A stretch of 55,554 bases of DNA from a virus (taxonomy: Duplodnaviria; Caudoviricetes). Shown here in pieces: positions 54,830 through 55,554 of this stretch. The stretch covers positions 1 through 55,554 of the IMG/VR virus record IMGVR_UViG_3300014208_000050. One strand, 5' to 3'. A program made the translations under genes and the position numbers. A model generated the notes under the pieces. The model saw only the letters and a program-made list of their open reading frames with translations, searched no databases and had not been told where the DNA came from. How positions within the stretch are numbered: the first letter of the stretch is position 1; each line of letters opens with the position of its first letter.

Positions 54830-55408
54830 ATGCCAGTCGAAACCTTTGAGTGCCAAGAGACCGCCGCTGAAGAGGTTGAACAGTCCGAAGAAGCCCTCCG
54901 ACTGATCGAGGAACTCGGCCTGGATGGTCAAAAGACCCTTCTCCAGGTGGAGACGCCAGTGCGGATGCCCTACCCGCAAGCGACGGCTGAGCAGGAGTTC
55001 GTCTACCGAGTTCTCTGCCCGACCGTATCGAAGCTGTCAGACTATCGGCGAACACCGATTCCCCTTCGCGTGTTGCAGATCGCTTCCCACGCAATGGACC
55101 AGTTCGAGACGCTGCAAGTGTGGGACGCTGCCTCGTCCGCGATCAAAGACCCTGTGCTGGTAGGGCTGAAACCACACCCGCAGTGGTCGTGGCAGAAGGA
55201 AGTCTATCTGCTCGCCCGGTGGGGCGAGGAGCTTGAGAACTACGGAACCCTTCTGAAGAACGCACTGGCTCGCAAGCGTGCCGAACTGACACAGGTCGCT
55301 GAAACGTCGATGCACCGAGCCAAGGCGTTTCTGGCCGGTGGCGTGTCGGACGGCGACATGATCCGCAAGGGCCACGACTGGCAACCGGACTTCAGGAGCG
55401 AAACATGA
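54830..55408 (+). CDS. conserved-looking hypothetical phage protein
   Basis: GGAG RBS; PIPLRVLQ...KDPVLVG...YLLARWGEEL. Confidence 0.75.
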   Translation: MPVETFECQETAAEEVEQSEEALRLIEELGLDGQKTLLQVETPVRMPYPQATAEQEFVYRVLCPTVSKLSDYRRTPIPLRVLQIASHAMDQFETLQVWDAASSAIKDPVLVGLKPHPQWSWQKEVYLLARWGEELENYGTLLKNALARKRAELTQVAETSMHRAKAFLAGGVSDGDMIRKGHDWQPDFRSET

Positions 55409-55554
55409 GACGAGAGTTTTTGCAACTTGCCGAAACCTTGAAGGTTGAGAAACACCGCATCGGTGGATTCTACATTTCAACCAAGCTTGATGGAACTCGC
55501 TGTTTTTCCGATGGCGGCATTACACGCGGTATGCGTACCGAGGACGTGCCCTGG
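55405..55554 (+). CDS. ATP-dependent DNA ligase (partial, runs off window)
   Basis: AGGAG RBS; MRREFLQLA...YISTKLDGTRC contains the KxDG adenylation motif. Confidence 0.8.
   Translation, partial: MRREFLQLAETLKVEKHRIGGFYISTKLDGTRCFSDGGITRGMRTEDVPW

Noticed and set aside
54714-54905. 63-aa ORF after the sigma gene
   Set aside because: Overlaps the next gene by 76 nt and has no motif; possible but unsupported

Overview
This window is most of the genome of a tailed dsDNA phage (siphovirus-like Caudoviricetes). It uses the standard genetic code, no host genes are visible, and the last gene (a DNA ligase) is cut by the window edge. Layout: (1) a 1.3-kb repeat-rich non-coding left end beside a degenerate serine-recombinase-like gene; (2) a rightward late operon (~2.9-31.5 kb) of papain-type peptidases, membrane and thioredoxin genes, then terminase, portal, head, neck, tail tube, frameshifted chaperone, tape measure and tail-tip genes; (3) a leftward block (31.5-37.3 kb) of primase-helicase, dNMP kinase, exonuclease and three Cys-rich proteins; (4) a rightward replication/accessory block (37.5-55.5 kb) with SSB-like protein, ClpP-like and trypsin-like proteases, SNF2 helicase, phosphoesterases, family A polymerase, nuclease, sigma factor and ligase. 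About eight homing-endonuclease-type ORFs or remnants are scattered through it. A Planctomycetota-type host is a guess from gene content only. The strongest leads are these. Three tRNA-like RNAs keep the acceptor stem and T arm but have broken anticodon arms, and two of them sit behind a related CCCGGC stem element. A virion protein appears to be built from five domains nested inside one another. A candidate protease/thioredoxin lysis module sits where no endolysin is found. Scaffold and capsid share an N-terminal PVQxACY motif. A 38-bp palindrome looks like two back-to-back copies of a phage promoter that also heads the late operon. All product calls come from reading motifs by eye; no database searches were run.
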